From the NCBI GenBank assembly GCA_963833225.1, contig CAWHXD010000019.1, positions 96,001-160,000 on the forward strand: DNA of 64,000 nucleotides, read 5' to 3'. This document shows, one piece after another, positions 21,102-31,644 of the stretch. The notes below the pieces were generated by a model. That model was not told the DNA's origin. It did not search any database and saw only the letters and a list, made by a program, of their open reading frames with translations. Within the stretch, counting starts at the first letter, position 1; every line of letters begins with the position of its first letter. The position numbers and the translations under genes were made by a program. The DNA comes from an uncultured Chloroflexia bacterium. GTDB lineage: Bacteria > Chloroflexota > Limnocylindria > Limnocylindrales > CSP1-4.

Positions 21102-21589
21102 CGCGCGTCCTCCAGCTTGCGTCGCGCGCGGCTGGCCGCCGCACGGAGGGCACCCGGCGTGGTGCCCATGAGCTCAGCGGCTTCCTCGTAGGTCCGACCG
21201 TCTACCGCGGTCATCACCAGCGCGGTCCGCTCGAGTGGGAGCAGCCCCGCCATCGCGTCCCGCAGGTCCAGCCAGCGGTCCGCAACGGCGGCGTCCAGGG
21301 TCGCGGGTCGAGCCCCGCCGCCGGCCGTCAGCCGCCGCCGCAGCCGCCGGAACCGATCCTGGGCCAGCCGTCGCGTCGTCACGATCAGCCACGGGAGGAC
21401 GCTGTCGGCCCAGTCCAGCCGATCGCGCTCGCGCCACAGGCGAGCGAACGCCTCCTGCGCGAGGTCCTCGGCCGCGGCCCAGTCGTTGGTCCAGGAGAGG
21501 GCGAACCGGAACACGTCGGACCACAGCGCCTCGTAGACGGAGGCGTACCGCTCCTCGGCGTTCAACCTGACGGACACGGCGATGACCAC
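21098..21589 (-). CDS. ECF RNA polymerase sigma factor
   Basis: AAEDLAQEAFARLW, PWLIVTTRR, TYEEAAELMGTTPGALRAAASRAR. Confidence 0.9.
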   Translation of the reverse strand: MVIAVSVRLNAEERYASVYEALWSDVFRFALSWTNDWAAAEDLAQEAFARLWRERDRLDWADSVLPWLIVTTRRLAQDRFRRLRRRLTAGGGARPATLDAAVADRWLDLRDAMAGLLPLERTALVMTAVDGRTYEEAAELMGTTPGALRAAASRARRKLEDAR

Positions 21590-22179
21590 ACCTCAATCAC
21601 GCACGAGGGCGGCGAAACGCACGCGCTGCGACGCACCGTATCAAGCCAGGGCGCCGGTCGCCCGCTGCCCGCGGGTGTGGCCGGCGCCCGGCCGGACGAG
21701 AACTGGGACGGCCGCGCGCCCGGGTGACCACAACTCTGCGCCAGATATCACCCCAGGCTGATACAGCAACCGATCAGGCGCCGAGACGCGCCTGCAATAT
21801 CACCAGGGACCGATACACGGCCTGTCTTGCGGTCGTGGCTGGTGGCAATAGCAGTACCCACCTATATCTGGTGCAGTCGGGCGGACCCGGTGCCCATCGG
21901 AGGCCCGCAACTGCGGTGGCACGGCCGAGGCCGTGATCCAGGCCCCAAGCGCGAGGCCCCGGGCCCGCAGGCCGCAAGGACCCGGGCTCCAGCCGCATAT
22001 CCACCCCGGAATCCGCCCGGACCACCACACCGGACCACGATCCGCTCACCACCCGGGACCGGCCCGCATCTGCTCTGGACCCGCCGGGCAGCCGCAACCG
22101 GCCCGGATGCCGCATCCTGAGGGGCAACAGCCGGGCCGCGCACCCACCCGCCCGCGCGGCACGCGGAAGGAGCACGCGC

Positions 22180-23583
22180 ATGCCGCAGGCAGATCGAGTC
22201 GTGGACATCCTCGCGGGACGACCCGCGATCGGCGAGCGGGCCACGGTCCAGGGGTGGATTCGCACCCGGCGCGACTCGAAGGCGGGCCTGTCGTTCCTCG
22301 CCGTCCACGACGGCTCGTGCTTCCCCACGTTCCAGGTCGTGGCCCCGAACACCCTGGCCAACTACGAGTCGGAGGTCCTGCACCTCACGGCCGGCTGCGC
22401 CGTGACCGTGACGGGGACCCTTGCCGAGTCGCAGGGCAGGGGCCAGGCCGTGGAGCTCCAGGCGGACGACGTGACGGTCGTCGGCTGGGTGGACGATCCC
22501 GACACGTACCCGATCCAGCCCAAGCAGCACAGCTTCGAGTACCTGCGCGAGGTCGCCCACCTGCGCCCGCGCACGAACACCTTCGGCGCCATGGCCCGCG
22601 TCCGGCACACCCTCGCGATGGCGATTCACGAGTGGTTCGACACCAACGGCTATGCGTGGATCCACACCCCGATCATCACCGCGAGCGATGCGGAGGGCGC
22701 AGGCGAGCTGTTCCGGGTCTCCACCCTGGACCTCGCGAACCTTCCGCGCACCCCCGTCGGCGGCGTCGACTATTCGACCGACTTCTTCGGCAAGCCGGCC
22801 TTCCTCACCGTGTCGGGCCAGCTCAACGTGGAGGCGTACTGCCTCGCCCTGGGCCGCGTGTACACCTTCGGGCCCACGTTCCGGGCCGAGAACTCCAACA
22901 CCAGCCGCCACCTGTCCGAGTTCTGGATGGTGGAGCCGGAGATCGCGTTCGCTGACATTCACGACAACGCCGACGTCGCCGAGGCGCTGCTCAAGGCCAG
23001 CTTCCGGACCCTGCTCGAGCGCCGTCCGGACGACATGGCGTTCTTCGCCGAGCGCATCGACAAGGAGGCCATCACCCGCCTCGAGGGCCTGATCACGAGC
23101 GAGTTCGTGCGCATGGAGTACACGGAGGCGATCGCGGTTCTCGAGCGGGCGAAGCGGACCTGGGAGTTCCCGGTCAGCTGGGGCGTCGCGCTCCAGGCCG
23201 AGCACGAGCGCTACCTGTGCGAGGAGTACGCGAAGAAGCCGGTGGTGGTCATCAACTACCCCAGGGAGATCAAGGCGTTCTACATGCGCCTCAACGACGA
23301 CGAGCGCACCGTGGCGGCGATGGACGTCCTGGCCCCGGGCATCGGCGAGATCGTGGGCGGCAGCCAGCGCGAGGAGCGGCTGGACGTGCTGGACGCCCGG
23401 ATCCGCGAGACCGGTCTCGACCCGCAGGTCTACTGGTGGTACCGCGACCTGCGCCGGTACGGCACGGTGCCGCACGCGGGGTTCGGCCTCGGGTTCGACC
23501 GGGCGCTGGCGTACGCGACGGGAATGGCCAACATCCGGGACGTCATCCCGTTCCCGCGGACGCCGTCCAGCGCCGACTTCTAG
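22180..23583 (+). CDS. asnS: Asparagine--tRNA ligase
   Basis: [62 protein letters not shown]. Confidence 0.97.
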   Translation: MPQADRVVDILAGRPAIGERATVQGWIRTRRDSKAGLSFLAVHDGSCFPTFQVVAPNTLANYESEVLHLTAGCAVTVTGTLAESQGRGQAVELQADDVTVVGWVDDPDTYPIQPKQHSFEYLREVAHLRPRTNTFGAMARVRHTLAMAIHEWFDTNGYAWIHTPIITASDAEGAGELFRVSTLDLANLPRTPVGGVDYSTDFFGKPAFLTVSGQLNVEAYCLALGRVYTFGPTFRAENSNTSRHLSEFWMVEPEIAFADIHDNADVAEALLKASFRTLLERRPDDMAFFAERIDKEAITRLEGLITSEFVRMEYTEAIAVLERAKRTWEFPVSWGVALQAEHERYLCEEYAKKPVVVINYPREIKAFYMRLNDDERTVAAMDVLAPGIGEIVGGSQREERLDVLDARIRETGLDPQVYWWYRDLRRYGTVPHAGFGLGFDRALAYATGMANIRDVIPFPRTPSSADF

Positions 23584-23609
23584 GCCGACGATACCGGCCG
23601 GGAGGAGCG

Positions 23610-23975
23610 ATGACCGTCGAACCTGGCGAGCGACGCATCCTGGTCGCCATCAAGGCGTTCCACTCGGCGATCTTCCTGGTCATGCTGTCGTCGATCCTGT
23701 GGCTGGTCTGGACCGGGATCACGGGCCGGCGGGATCGGGGCGTGGCCGTGGCGGGAGCGCTCGTCGCTGTCGAATCCGCGGTGTTCGTGGTGAACGGTGG
23801 CGTGTGCCCGCTGACGCCGCTTGCCGAGCGCCACGGAGCCGGCCGCGGCGGGGTGTCCGACATCTTCCTGCCGGATGCGCTGGCCCGGACCATCCCGTTC
23901 TGGGCGACACCGCTGGTGGTGCTGGGCGCCGGCCTCCACCTGCGCGGGATCGTCGCGGCCCGCCGTCGCGGCTGA
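23610..23975 (+). CDS. Small membrane protein (DUF2784-like)
   Basis: RBS GGAGGAG; [27 protein letters not shown]. Confidence 0.65.
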   Translation: MTVEPGERRILVAIKAFHSAIFLVMLSSILWLVWTGITGRRDRGVAVAGALVAVESAVFVVNGGVCPLTPLAERHGAGRGGVSDIFLPDALARTIPFWATPLVVLGAGLHLRGIVAARRRG

Positions 23976-24027
23976 CGGGAGCCAAGGGGGCGCTGCAGTC
24001 CCGCCGTGGGCTGGCGGTCACGTGGCC

Positions 24028-25581
24028 TCAGCCCCGCTGGCGCCGCGGGTTGACTCGTCGACCGCGCCCCGGCCCCTCGGTGGGCACGCCCGCGGCGAGC
24101 GCCTCGGCCGTGACCGGGTCGGGCGGTGGCGGGAGGACCGGGAGCTCGACCTGGTCCACGAGCCCGGACCGGATGATCCGGCGCATCTCCGCGTCCACGG
24201 CCGCGTCCGTCTCGATCGGCCGATAGGCGGCGAGCCGGCGGTCCACCTCGTCGCAGGCCCGGCCGTAGGTGTCCTTGCCGCCGGCTCGGAGCCAGCCCTC
24301 GCGGTTGTCGCGCATGATCACGGGCGAGGGGAGGTGGAGCTCCGTGGGCCAGTGGGCCGAGGTGTGGTCGGCCATGATCAGGTGTTGGTCCGTCATGACC
24401 TTGTCCACGAGCGCCTGGACCGGCAGGTCGTCCTGGACGCGGATCTCGCGCACGAACCGGAGCGCCTGGCCGCATATCTCGTCGTCGAAGACCAGCTTGG
24501 GCAGGCTGAACACCAGCAGGAAGTCCAGCATCCCGGGGCCGCTGACGCTGTTCACGCCGGCGAGGGCGGCGATCAACGCGCTGCCGAAGGTCTCCGCACC
24601 GGCCTGGGCGTCGAGGATCGGCGCGTCGGAGAGCGCCATATACGACTGGCAGGGAAGCTCGAGCGCCTTGGCGACGGCGGTGTACGCGGCGTCCAGTTGG
24701 ACGGCCTCGATGGCGGACATGGGCGAGCTGGCAACCTTCATGTGGAAGGTGGCCGGCGCGCCGCCGAACAGGACCGGGGCTCCCGGGCGGATCACCTGGG
24801 CCATCGTGATCCCGGCCAGGACGTCGATCGTGTGGAACACCGTCGCCCCCACGGTCGTGACCGGCGCGACCAGCCCCATCAGGGTGACCGGCACGATCTC
24901 GACCGGGATGCCGGCCTCGACGCAGTCGATCAGGTTCTGGCAGGAGTCCTCGGAATACCGGAAGTTGCCGGTCGCGGTGATCGTGAAGATCGACATCGGG
25001 CGCGCCACCAGGTCAGCGCGGTCTGCCCGGAAGAGCTGCATCAGCTCCACCATCCGCGGCACGCCGTGTTCGGTGAACGCGCCCGAGACGACGGGCTTCT
25101 TCGAGTTGGCCAGGACCATGTACAGGCGCCACGCGTCGGACACGCCGGGCTCGATGTCGTCGTTGGTGGAGAACGCCGTGGCCAGGTAGGCGATGTGGTC
25201 CAGCCCGTCGCCCAGGCGAACGTATTCCACGAAGTCGGTCGAATTCGCCAGCCGCACCTCGCCGGTCCGGTGATCAAGCCACTTGAGGCCGGACGAGCCG
25301 GGCACGAAGTGGACGCGATCCCCGCCGAGGTCCGCATGCGGGACGCCATCGCGGTCGTAGAGCGTGAACGCGGACGGGGCGCTCGCGATGGCCGCCTCCA
25401 CGATGTCGCGCGGGAACAGGACCCGGTCACCGGCGGCATTGGTGGGCAGGCCGGCCGCCACCAGCCGTCGCCGCATCTCGGCGCTGCGGATCTCCATCCC
25501 CGTCTCGGCCAGCACGCGCTTGGCCTCGTCGAGGATCTGGCCGATCAGGTCGTCCGACAGGACGCGAAGGGTGGGGCGCAT
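24028..25581 (-). CDS. Trimethylamine methyltransferase (MttB) family protein, non-pyrrolysine type
   Basis: [53 protein letters not shown]; no in-frame amber codon. Confidence 0.88.
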   Translation of the reverse strand: MRPTLRVLSDDLIGQILDEAKRVLAETGMEIRSAEMRRRLVAAGLPTNAAGDRVLFPRDIVEAAIASAPSAFTLYDRDGVPHADLGGDRVHFVPGSSGLKWLDHRTGEVRLANSTDFVEYVRLGDGLDHIAYLATAFSTNDDIEPGVSDAWRLYMVLANSKKPVVSGAFTEHGVPRMVELMQLFRADRADLVARPMSIFTITATGNFRYSEDSCQNLIDCVEAGIPVEIVPVTLMGLVAPVTTVGATVFHTIDVLAGITMAQVIRPGAPVLFGGAPATFHMKVASSPMSAIEAVQLDAAYTAVAKALELPCQSYMALSDAPILDAQAGAETFGSALIAALAGVNSVSGPGMLDFLLVFSLPKLVFDDEICGQALRFVREIRVQDDLPVQALVDKVMTDQHLIMADHTSAHWPTELHLPSPVIMRDNREGWLRAGGKDTYGRACDEVDRRLAAYRPIETDAAVDAEMRRIIRSGLVDQVELPVLPPPPDPVTAEALAAGVPTEGPGRGRRVNPRRQRG

Positions 25582-25697
25582 CAGGGTGGAAACCCTACCG
25601 CATGGGGGCGGGCCCGGCAGGCGCCACGACACCGAGCGGAACGGCCCGCGCGGCGTGCCGGGGTCCGGGCAGGCGCCCGTCGTTGCGGCGCCGACCT

Positions 25698-26813
25698 CTA
25701 GGACCGGATTGGCGAGCCCGATCCGCTCCCCGAACGGTCGTCCGATCCACCACTGGAGCCGCCACCGGAGCCGCCGCTGGGCCGCGGCGTCTCGCCTGGC
25801 CCGCCGCCCGGCGACCCGGACCCCGACCCGGACCCCGACCCGGACCCCGACCCGGACCCCGACCCGTGGGGCATCGCGGACGGGTTGCCGCTCGCGCGGG
25901 GCGCCTTCGTGGCATCGGGCGACGGCGCGCCGCCCTGTCCACCCGACGACGCCGACGGCTTCGGGCCGGGCGACCCCGCCGATCCCTGCGTGTGTCCAGA
26001 CGTCGACGCTGGCATCGAGCCGCGTGGCGACGCTGGCGTGCCGGGCGGCGGTTCGGCGGTCGCCCCGGGACCCGGGCCAGGACCGGGCCCATCGCCGTCG
26101 CCGGGCTCCCCGAGTGCTGCGAGGAACGCCCGTCCGGCGACGCGATCCCGCTCGCGGACCGCCTCGAGCCCAAGATCCCCCGTCCCGATGCCGGCGATCA
26201 CCTCGAGCTGGGCGCGGACTCGGGCGGCGAGCGGAGTGGCCGCCTGCGGGTCGGCGACCGGGATCGCTGCCGCCTCGGTCGCGATGCTGGCATACGCTCG
26301 GAGCGCGGCGGTCACGCCCGCGGCGTCGCCCCGCCCGGACGCGTCGAGCGCCTCGCGGACGCGCGCCTCGAGCCGCCCGACCTGCGCCCCTGCCCGGTCC
26401 GCCGACCCCTGCGGCAGCCCGAGCTCCTCGGCCGCGACGCGCGTGTCGTACAGCGGTCCACCGGGGGCGGACGCGGCGACGGTCCCCAGGCTCGCCGCGA
26501 GCAGGGCACATGCCGCGACGAGGACGAACACCGGGCGGCGCCCGCCTCGACGGATCATGGGCGCCGCGCTGGTCATGGGACGGGTGCGACCGGCGGTCCC
26601 CGGGCGAGGTTCGGCCCGGCTCGCCGACGCGCTGGCGAACGCGCCCAGCACCGCCGCCCGGCTCGCGTCGGGTCGGCGACCGTCGTCATCGGGTTCGGCG
26701 GTGGCGACGGTCGCTGTCATGAGGGCGGCGACATCCTCGACGCCCTCGTCGTCCCACGCGTCGCCCGCCGGTGGGCGAACCAGGAGGTCCCGGACTCGAT
26801 TGATGAGGCTCAT
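25698..26813 (-). CDS. Putative anti-sigma factor (DUF5667-like) with G/S/P-rich tail
   Basis: ATGA-coupled to an ECF sigma; TM then [17 protein letters not shown]. Confidence 0.65.
   Translation of the reverse strand: MSLINRVRDLLVRPPAGDAWDDEGVEDVAALMTATVATAEPDDDGRRPDASRAAVLGAFASASASRAEPRPGTAGRTRPMTSAAPMIRRGGRRPVFVLVAACALLAASLGTVAASAPGGPLYDTRVAAEELGLPQGSADRAGAQVGRLEARVREALDASGRGDAAGVTAALRAYASIATEAAAIPVADPQAATPLAARVRAQLEVIAGIGTGDLGLEAVRERDRVAGRAFLAALGEPGDGDGPGPGPGPGATAEPPPGTPASPRGSMPASTSGHTQGSAGSPGPKPSASSGGQGGAPSPDATKAPRASGNPSAMPHGSGSGSGSGSGSGSGSGSPGGGPGETPRPSGGSGGGSSGGSDDRSGSGSGSPIRS
25813..25866 (-). repeat. 4.5 x 12-bp tandem repeat (GACCCGGACCCC on + strand) encoding GSGS
   Basis: Read directly from the sequence. 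Confidence 0.9.
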
Positions 26814-27391
26814 CGGGCATCCTCGTCGAACGGCAGGCCGGCCGGCTCCAGGAGCTCACGGAGCCGCACGAGGGCGCGGTGCTGCAGGACGCGGACCGCG
26901 CCGTTGCTCCGTCCCATGAGCACGGCCGTCTCGCCCGGTGACAGCTCCGCGAAGAACCGCCACTCGAGCACCTGGCGCTGGTCGTCCGGCAGGGCGTCGA
27001 GGGCCCCCCGGAGGCGATCGCGATCCTGGCCTCGCTCGGCCAGGGCGACCGGGTCCCCCACGTTCGCGGGCCGCTCGACCGCCGCCTCCAGCGAGACCGC
27101 GGGGTGCGTCGTCCGGCGATGGTCGATCACGGTGTTCCGCGCGATGCGGAACACCCAGGCCCCGAAGGGCAGGCCACGCGGCTGGTAGCGGGGGAGAGCC
27201 TCGATCATCTTGACGAACGTCCGTTGCAGCAGCTCCTCGGCGACATCGCCGCTGCCGACCTGGTGGCGCAGGAATCGGCGCACGCGAGGAGCAAAGGCAT
27301 CGTAGAGATCGGCGAACGCGGCACTGTCACCAGCGGCGGCACGTTCGACGAGCGCATCGACCGCGGCATCATCGGGAGGGCGGATGTCCAT
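26810..27391 (-). CDS. ECF RNA polymerase sigma factor
   Basis: AAAGDSAAFADLYD, FGAWVFRIARNTVIDHRR, MGRSNGAVRVLQHRAL. Confidence 0.92.
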   Translation of the reverse strand: MDIRPPDDAAVDALVERAAAGDSAAFADLYDAFAPRVRRFLRHQVGSGDVAEELLQRTFVKMIEALPRYQPRGLPFGAWVFRIARNTVIDHRRTTHPAVSLEAAVERPANVGDPVALAERGQDRDRLRGALDALPDDQRQVLEWRFFAELSPGETAVLMGRSNGAVRVLQHRALVRLRELLEPAGLPFDEDAR

Positions 27392-27528
27392 CTGGTGCGC
27401 CGGGTTACCTCCACGACTTGCTCGTGGGACGCTCCCCGATCGGCGGACCGGCCACTGCCGGCCTCATGCTGGCGCTCCACTGGACGACCCGCCATGGGCT
27501 CCCAGCCCCCGATCCCGCGGGTGCAAGG

Positions 27529-28149
27529 TCACGAACCGCCGTGCCCGCCTCGCTGGCCGCCCGGGTCGGGCGTAGCGTCGGGACTGCCGGGGCCCTGCTG
27601 CCCGGCCTGCTCCTGCTGCTGCTCCTGGACGGGCTCCTGCTGATCGCGCGTCTGCTCGCGGCTCTGCTCGCGCGTCTGATCGCGCGCGGGGTCCTGCTGA
27701 TCGCGGTTCTGCTCGCGCGCCTGCTCGCGGGCGGGATCGCTCCGGCCTCCGGTGGCCGGAGCCGCCGTCGCCGCTGCGTCGCCAGCACCGGTCCGGGTGC
27801 GGTCGCGGTCCGGGACGCAGGTCGTCCCGTCCGGCTCGCAGGTCTGGTCACGATCCTGATCCTGATCGCGATCCTGGTCGCGATCCCGGTCAGCCTCGAT
27901 CGCCGGGCTCGTCGCCTCGAGGACCACGTCGACACGATCACGGCTTCGGAGCTGATCCTGATCCTGGTCCTGACCCTCGGCAGGGTCCTGAGCGTGGATC
28001 CGGTCTCGATCCTGGTCGCCGCCCGTGCCGCCGACGCCGATCTGCGTGTCGGCCGCCACGAACGACGCCATCGCGAAGGTCGCCAGGAGGGCGCCACCGA
28101 GCACGGTGACCACCTTCCCGTGAGCGGAGGCGGAGATTTTGCTGGTCAT
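27529..28149 (-). CDS. Secreted low-complexity D/R/Q-repeat protein
   Basis: Signal-peptide-like N-terminus; DQDRDR, DRDRDQDRDQDQDRDQ and EQxR repeats. Confidence 0.6.
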   Translation of the reverse strand: MTSKISASAHGKVVTVLGGALLATFAMASFVAADTQIGVGGTGGDQDRDRIHAQDPAEGQDQDQDQLRSRDRVDVVLEATSPAIEADRDRDQDRDQDQDRDQTCEPDGTTCVPDRDRTRTGAGDAAATAAPATGGRSDPAREQAREQNRDQQDPARDQTREQSREQTRDQQEPVQEQQQEQAGQQGPGSPDATPDPGGQRGGHGGS

Positions 28150-28386
28150 GGCGGGAGATCCCTCCCAGGCAGGCGGCGGGCCTCTGCCCGGACTGCGCCA
28201 TCCCTGTTCGCCCAGCGACAACGAACGTTGCGGGAATCCTGTTACGCGGCGCGGTCGCCGGTCGGCCACCGCCTCCCGTCGCCGCCGTGAACGACCGTGC
28301 GCAATGCGGCGGCCCGCCCGACGTGTCGGACTGGCCGGAACGGCCGGACGGTCGACCCGCCGCGGCAGCGACCGCCGACCCGCGGG

Positions 28387-29706
28387 TCAGCGGTCCTTGA
28401 CCGCCACGAAGTCCCGTACGGGACGGCCGACGTACAGCTGGCGCGGGCGTCCGATGCGCGCCTGCGGGTCATGCATCATCTCGCGCCACTGGGCGATCCA
28501 GCCGGGCAGCCGCCCGATCGCGAACAGCACGGTGAACATCTGGGACGGGAACCCGAGCGCCCGGTAGATCAGGCCGCTGTAGAAGTCCACGTTCGGGTAC
28601 AGCTTGTGATCGATGAAGTACGGGTCGCTCAGGGCGACCTCCTCCAGCTCCATCGCGATCCGGAGCAGGTGATCGTCCCGGTGCATCCGCTCGAGGAGCG
28701 GCTGCGCGGCCGACTTGATGATCTGCGCCCGCGGGTCGTAGTTCTTGTAGACCCGGTGCCCGAAGCCCATCAGCCGGAACGGGTCCTCCTTGTCCTTGGC
28801 CCGCAACACGGCCTTGGCCACGTCGCCACCATCGGCGGCGATGGCCTCGAGCATCTGGAGCACCTCCTGGTTGGCGCCGCCGTGGAGCGGACCCCACAGG
28901 GCCGAGATGCCGGCCGCGACCGACGCGTAGAGGTTGGCGTGGCTGGAGCCCACCATGCGCACCGTCGATGTCGAGCAGTTCTGCTCGTGGTCCGCATGGA
29001 GGATCAACAGCACCCGGAGCGCCCGGAACGCCTCGGCGTCCGCGACGTATGGCTCGGACGGCACCGCGAACATCATCCGCAGGAAGTTCTCTTCGTAGGT
29101 GAGCGAGTTGTCCGGGTACACGAACGGCTGCCCGATCGACTTCTTGAACGCGGCCGCCGCGATCGTCGGCAGCTTGGCGATCAGGCGCACGCTGGACAGC
29201 TCCACGTCGCGATCATCGAGCACGTCGCCGGTGCCCTGGTAGAAGGTGGACAGAGCGCTCACGGCGGAGCCGAGGATCGCCATCGGGTGGGCGTCCATCG
29301 GGAACGCGTTGAAGAACTGCCGGAACTCCTCGCGGATCAGGGTGTGGCGCTTGATCTCGCTCGTCCAGGCGTCCAGCTGCGCGGCGTCGGGCAGCTCGCC
29401 GTTGATCAGCAGGTATGCCGTCTCGAGGAAGGTCGTCTGCTCGGCCAGCTGCTCGATCGGGTAGCCGCGGTAGCGCAGGATGCCCTTGTCGCCGTCGAGG
29501 AAGGTGATCGCGCTGCGCGTGGGTGCGGTGTTCGCATAGCCGTAGTCGAGCGTTACCAGCCCGGCGTCCTTGAGCAGGGGCGCGATGTTGATCGCCGACT
29601 GGCCATCGGTCGAGGCCTCGACCGGGAACGCCAGCTCCTTCTCGCCGATGGTGAGTCGCGCGAGCGCGGGCTCGTTGGTGCTCTCTGGACGCTCGGTCGT
29701 AGTCAT
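28387..29706 (-). CDS. gltA: Citrate synthase
   Basis: GILRYRGYPIEQLA, LHADHEQNCSTS, GPLHGGAN, MGFGHRVYK, YPNVDFYSG. Confidence 0.97.
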   Translation of the reverse strand: MTTTERPESTNEPALARLTIGEKELAFPVEASTDGQSAINIAPLLKDAGLVTLDYGYANTAPTRSAITFLDGDKGILRYRGYPIEQLAEQTTFLETAYLLINGELPDAAQLDAWTSEIKRHTLIREEFRQFFNAFPMDAHPMAILGSAVSALSTFYQGTGDVLDDRDVELSSVRLIAKLPTIAAAAFKKSIGQPFVYPDNSLTYEENFLRMMFAVPSEPYVADAEAFRALRVLLILHADHEQNCSTSTVRMVGSSHANLYASVAAGISALWGPLHGGANQEVLQMLEAIAADGGDVAKAVLRAKDKEDPFRLMGFGHRVYKNYDPRAQIIKSAAQPLLERMHRDDHLLRIAMELEEVALSDPYFIDHKLYPNVDFYSGLIYRALGFPSQMFTVLFAIGRLPGWIAQWREMMHDPQARIGRPRQLYVGRPVRDFVAVKDR

Positions 29707-29847
29707 CGATGCACGCCTCCTCCTCCGCCCCGCCGCAACTCGACAGGTGCGGTCGTCGACGCCAACGGTGGCCGGGAGCCTCAGGGTAGACAAGGGCCAT
29801 TGGCTCGTTACGACCGCCCCACCGGCCCGTGCCACCTCGCCCGCCAG

Positions 29848-31609
29848 TCAGCGATCGAGCACCGTGATCTCCCGCCAGGCGACCCACGACGGCCCGCTCA
29901 CGATCTCGACGCGCAGGTACCGGATGCCGGTCCACGGTTGCGCCGGCCGGAAGGCCAGGACCTCCTCGTTGTCGAGGGCTTGCACGAACTTGTGCAGCAC
30001 GGTCCGGGCGCCGCCCCGGGTCCCCGCTCCGTACACGCGCACGTCCATGCGGCCGCCGGGTGACATGGCGGAGGACAGCCGCAGCTCGGCGATCCGCTGC
30101 TTCGACCCGAGGTCGATCTCGATCCACTGCGGCGGGTGGCTGCCGGCGTTCCAGTAGCTGCCCGGGTCGCCGTCGACGGCACGTCGGGGGCCATAGCCGG
30201 GGAGCGTGAGGGAGGCGGTGACAGGGCGTCCAAGGGCGAGATTCGTCGCCAGGTCGAGGGAGCCGAGCTTGCAGGGGTTCGGGCGCACCACCGGGGAGAG
30301 CGCATCGGCGATGGCGCCGTCATGTTCGACGGCATTCCAGAACTCCGGCTGCTCGGTGGAATCCCAGGTCCACGTCAGCCAGCCGTCGAACCCGAACCGG
30401 CAGGAGTCCATCTGCCACGTGACCGCCGTGCGGATGGCATCCTCGAGGGTGGGGGTGGTGGCCCGTTCCACCCCGAACTCGCCCAGGATCACTGGCTTCC
30501 TGGTCTTCCGCGGCAGCCCGAAGTTGTCCACGATCTGGGGCAGCGTCAGGTCACCGCCCGGATAGCCGTGCAGGTCGATGAAGTCGGCGGTGGAGTGCAG
30601 GATCGCCTGCCGGGTCTCGATCAGCCGGTCGTCACCCACGCGAGACTCGTTGGGGCCCTTGGGCTGGAAGAAGCCGACCGTCACCAGCGCCGTCGGGTCC
30701 ACGCTGACGATCGCCTCCCGCATCCGGTCGATCCAGAACACCAGGCCATCCGCCAGGAGCTTCCGCTTCGCCGTCGCCGTCGACACGTCGTAGGTGTTGC
30801 CGTTGGCCGTCCGCACGGTCCCCGAGGTCAGCGAGAAGGGCGGCGCGAGCTCGGTGAAGTAGAGCTCGTTGCGGAGCTCGTAGGCCAGAAGCGCGCCGAG
30901 GGCCGCGCCCCGGTCGACGAGCCCCTGGGCCAGCTCGCGGAAGAACCGGGCACACGCCTGCAGGCCCCCCGTGGACAGGTAGAGGCTGTTGACGTCCTCG
31001 ATGCCGGGGTCGCTGTCGAACGCCCAGCCCGGGGATTTCGGGCAGCCAGTCGAGCGTGAACAGCACGAACATGCGATGGGTCTCGGCCCGCTGCAGGAGA
31101 TCGGCGGCGTTGTCGAGAAAGGCGGGGTTGAGCGAGCTCCCTGGCCCGGGCAGGCCGCCGCTGCTCGTGCCCAGGAAGATCCGCACCGCGTTGTAGCCGC
31201 GGCGGCTCATCTCGGCCAGCGCCGTGTCGATTCGGTCCGGGTCGTAGTGGCCCACGTTGAGCGTCACGTGCGCGCCCGCGAGACGGATGTAGTTCATGCC
31301 GCGCGGCACGAACCGCTCCCCGGTCACTCGGTCGTAGAGCTCGCCTTCACCGTCCGCGACGCGCACGCCGATCCGGTGTGGGACCGGCGCGGGCGGCGGC
31401 GATGCGGTCGACGGAGCCGTGGCGACCGGCGCAGAGGCGGGCGGCTGGGTGTTGATTGTCGTTGTGGCGGGCGAGGCTGCCGGCGGCGGGCTCGTCGTGG
31501 TGGCGGCCGAGCTCGGCGTGACCGGGGTGCCGCACGCCGCTGCGAGCAGGACGGTTGCGAGCGCCGCGATCACCGGCCGTCGCGGAGGGACGTTCGCCAT
31601 GCCCATCAT
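29848..31609 (-). CDS. Lipoprotein glycoside hydrolase (GH5/clan A-like) with C-terminal F5/8 discoidin domain, frameshift near 31035
   Basis: Lipobox LAAAC; FVPRGMNY, GYNAVRIF, YELRNE (acid/base), VILGEFG (nucleophile); AVDGDPGSYW, QWIEIDLG, RYLRVEI. Confidence 0.75.
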
Positions 31610-31644
31610 CGGGCGCAGCCTAACGGGTTGGAGGCCGAGGAGCC

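Noticed and set aside
21894-21908. 15-mer CCATCGGAGGCCCGC shared with 49383-49397 as a possible att pair
   Set aside because: At this GC content chance 15-mer matches are expected within 64 kb, no integrase is present, and core genes lie between the two copies.
21905-21930. T-box-like AACTGCGGTGGCACGG upstream of asnS
   Set aside because: It has TGGCACG instead of TGGNACC, no recognisable stem I motifs or terminator, and lies ~250 bp from the start codon.
24028-25581. Pyrrolysine-containing MttB
   Set aside because: The ORF is uninterrupted, with no in-frame TAG.
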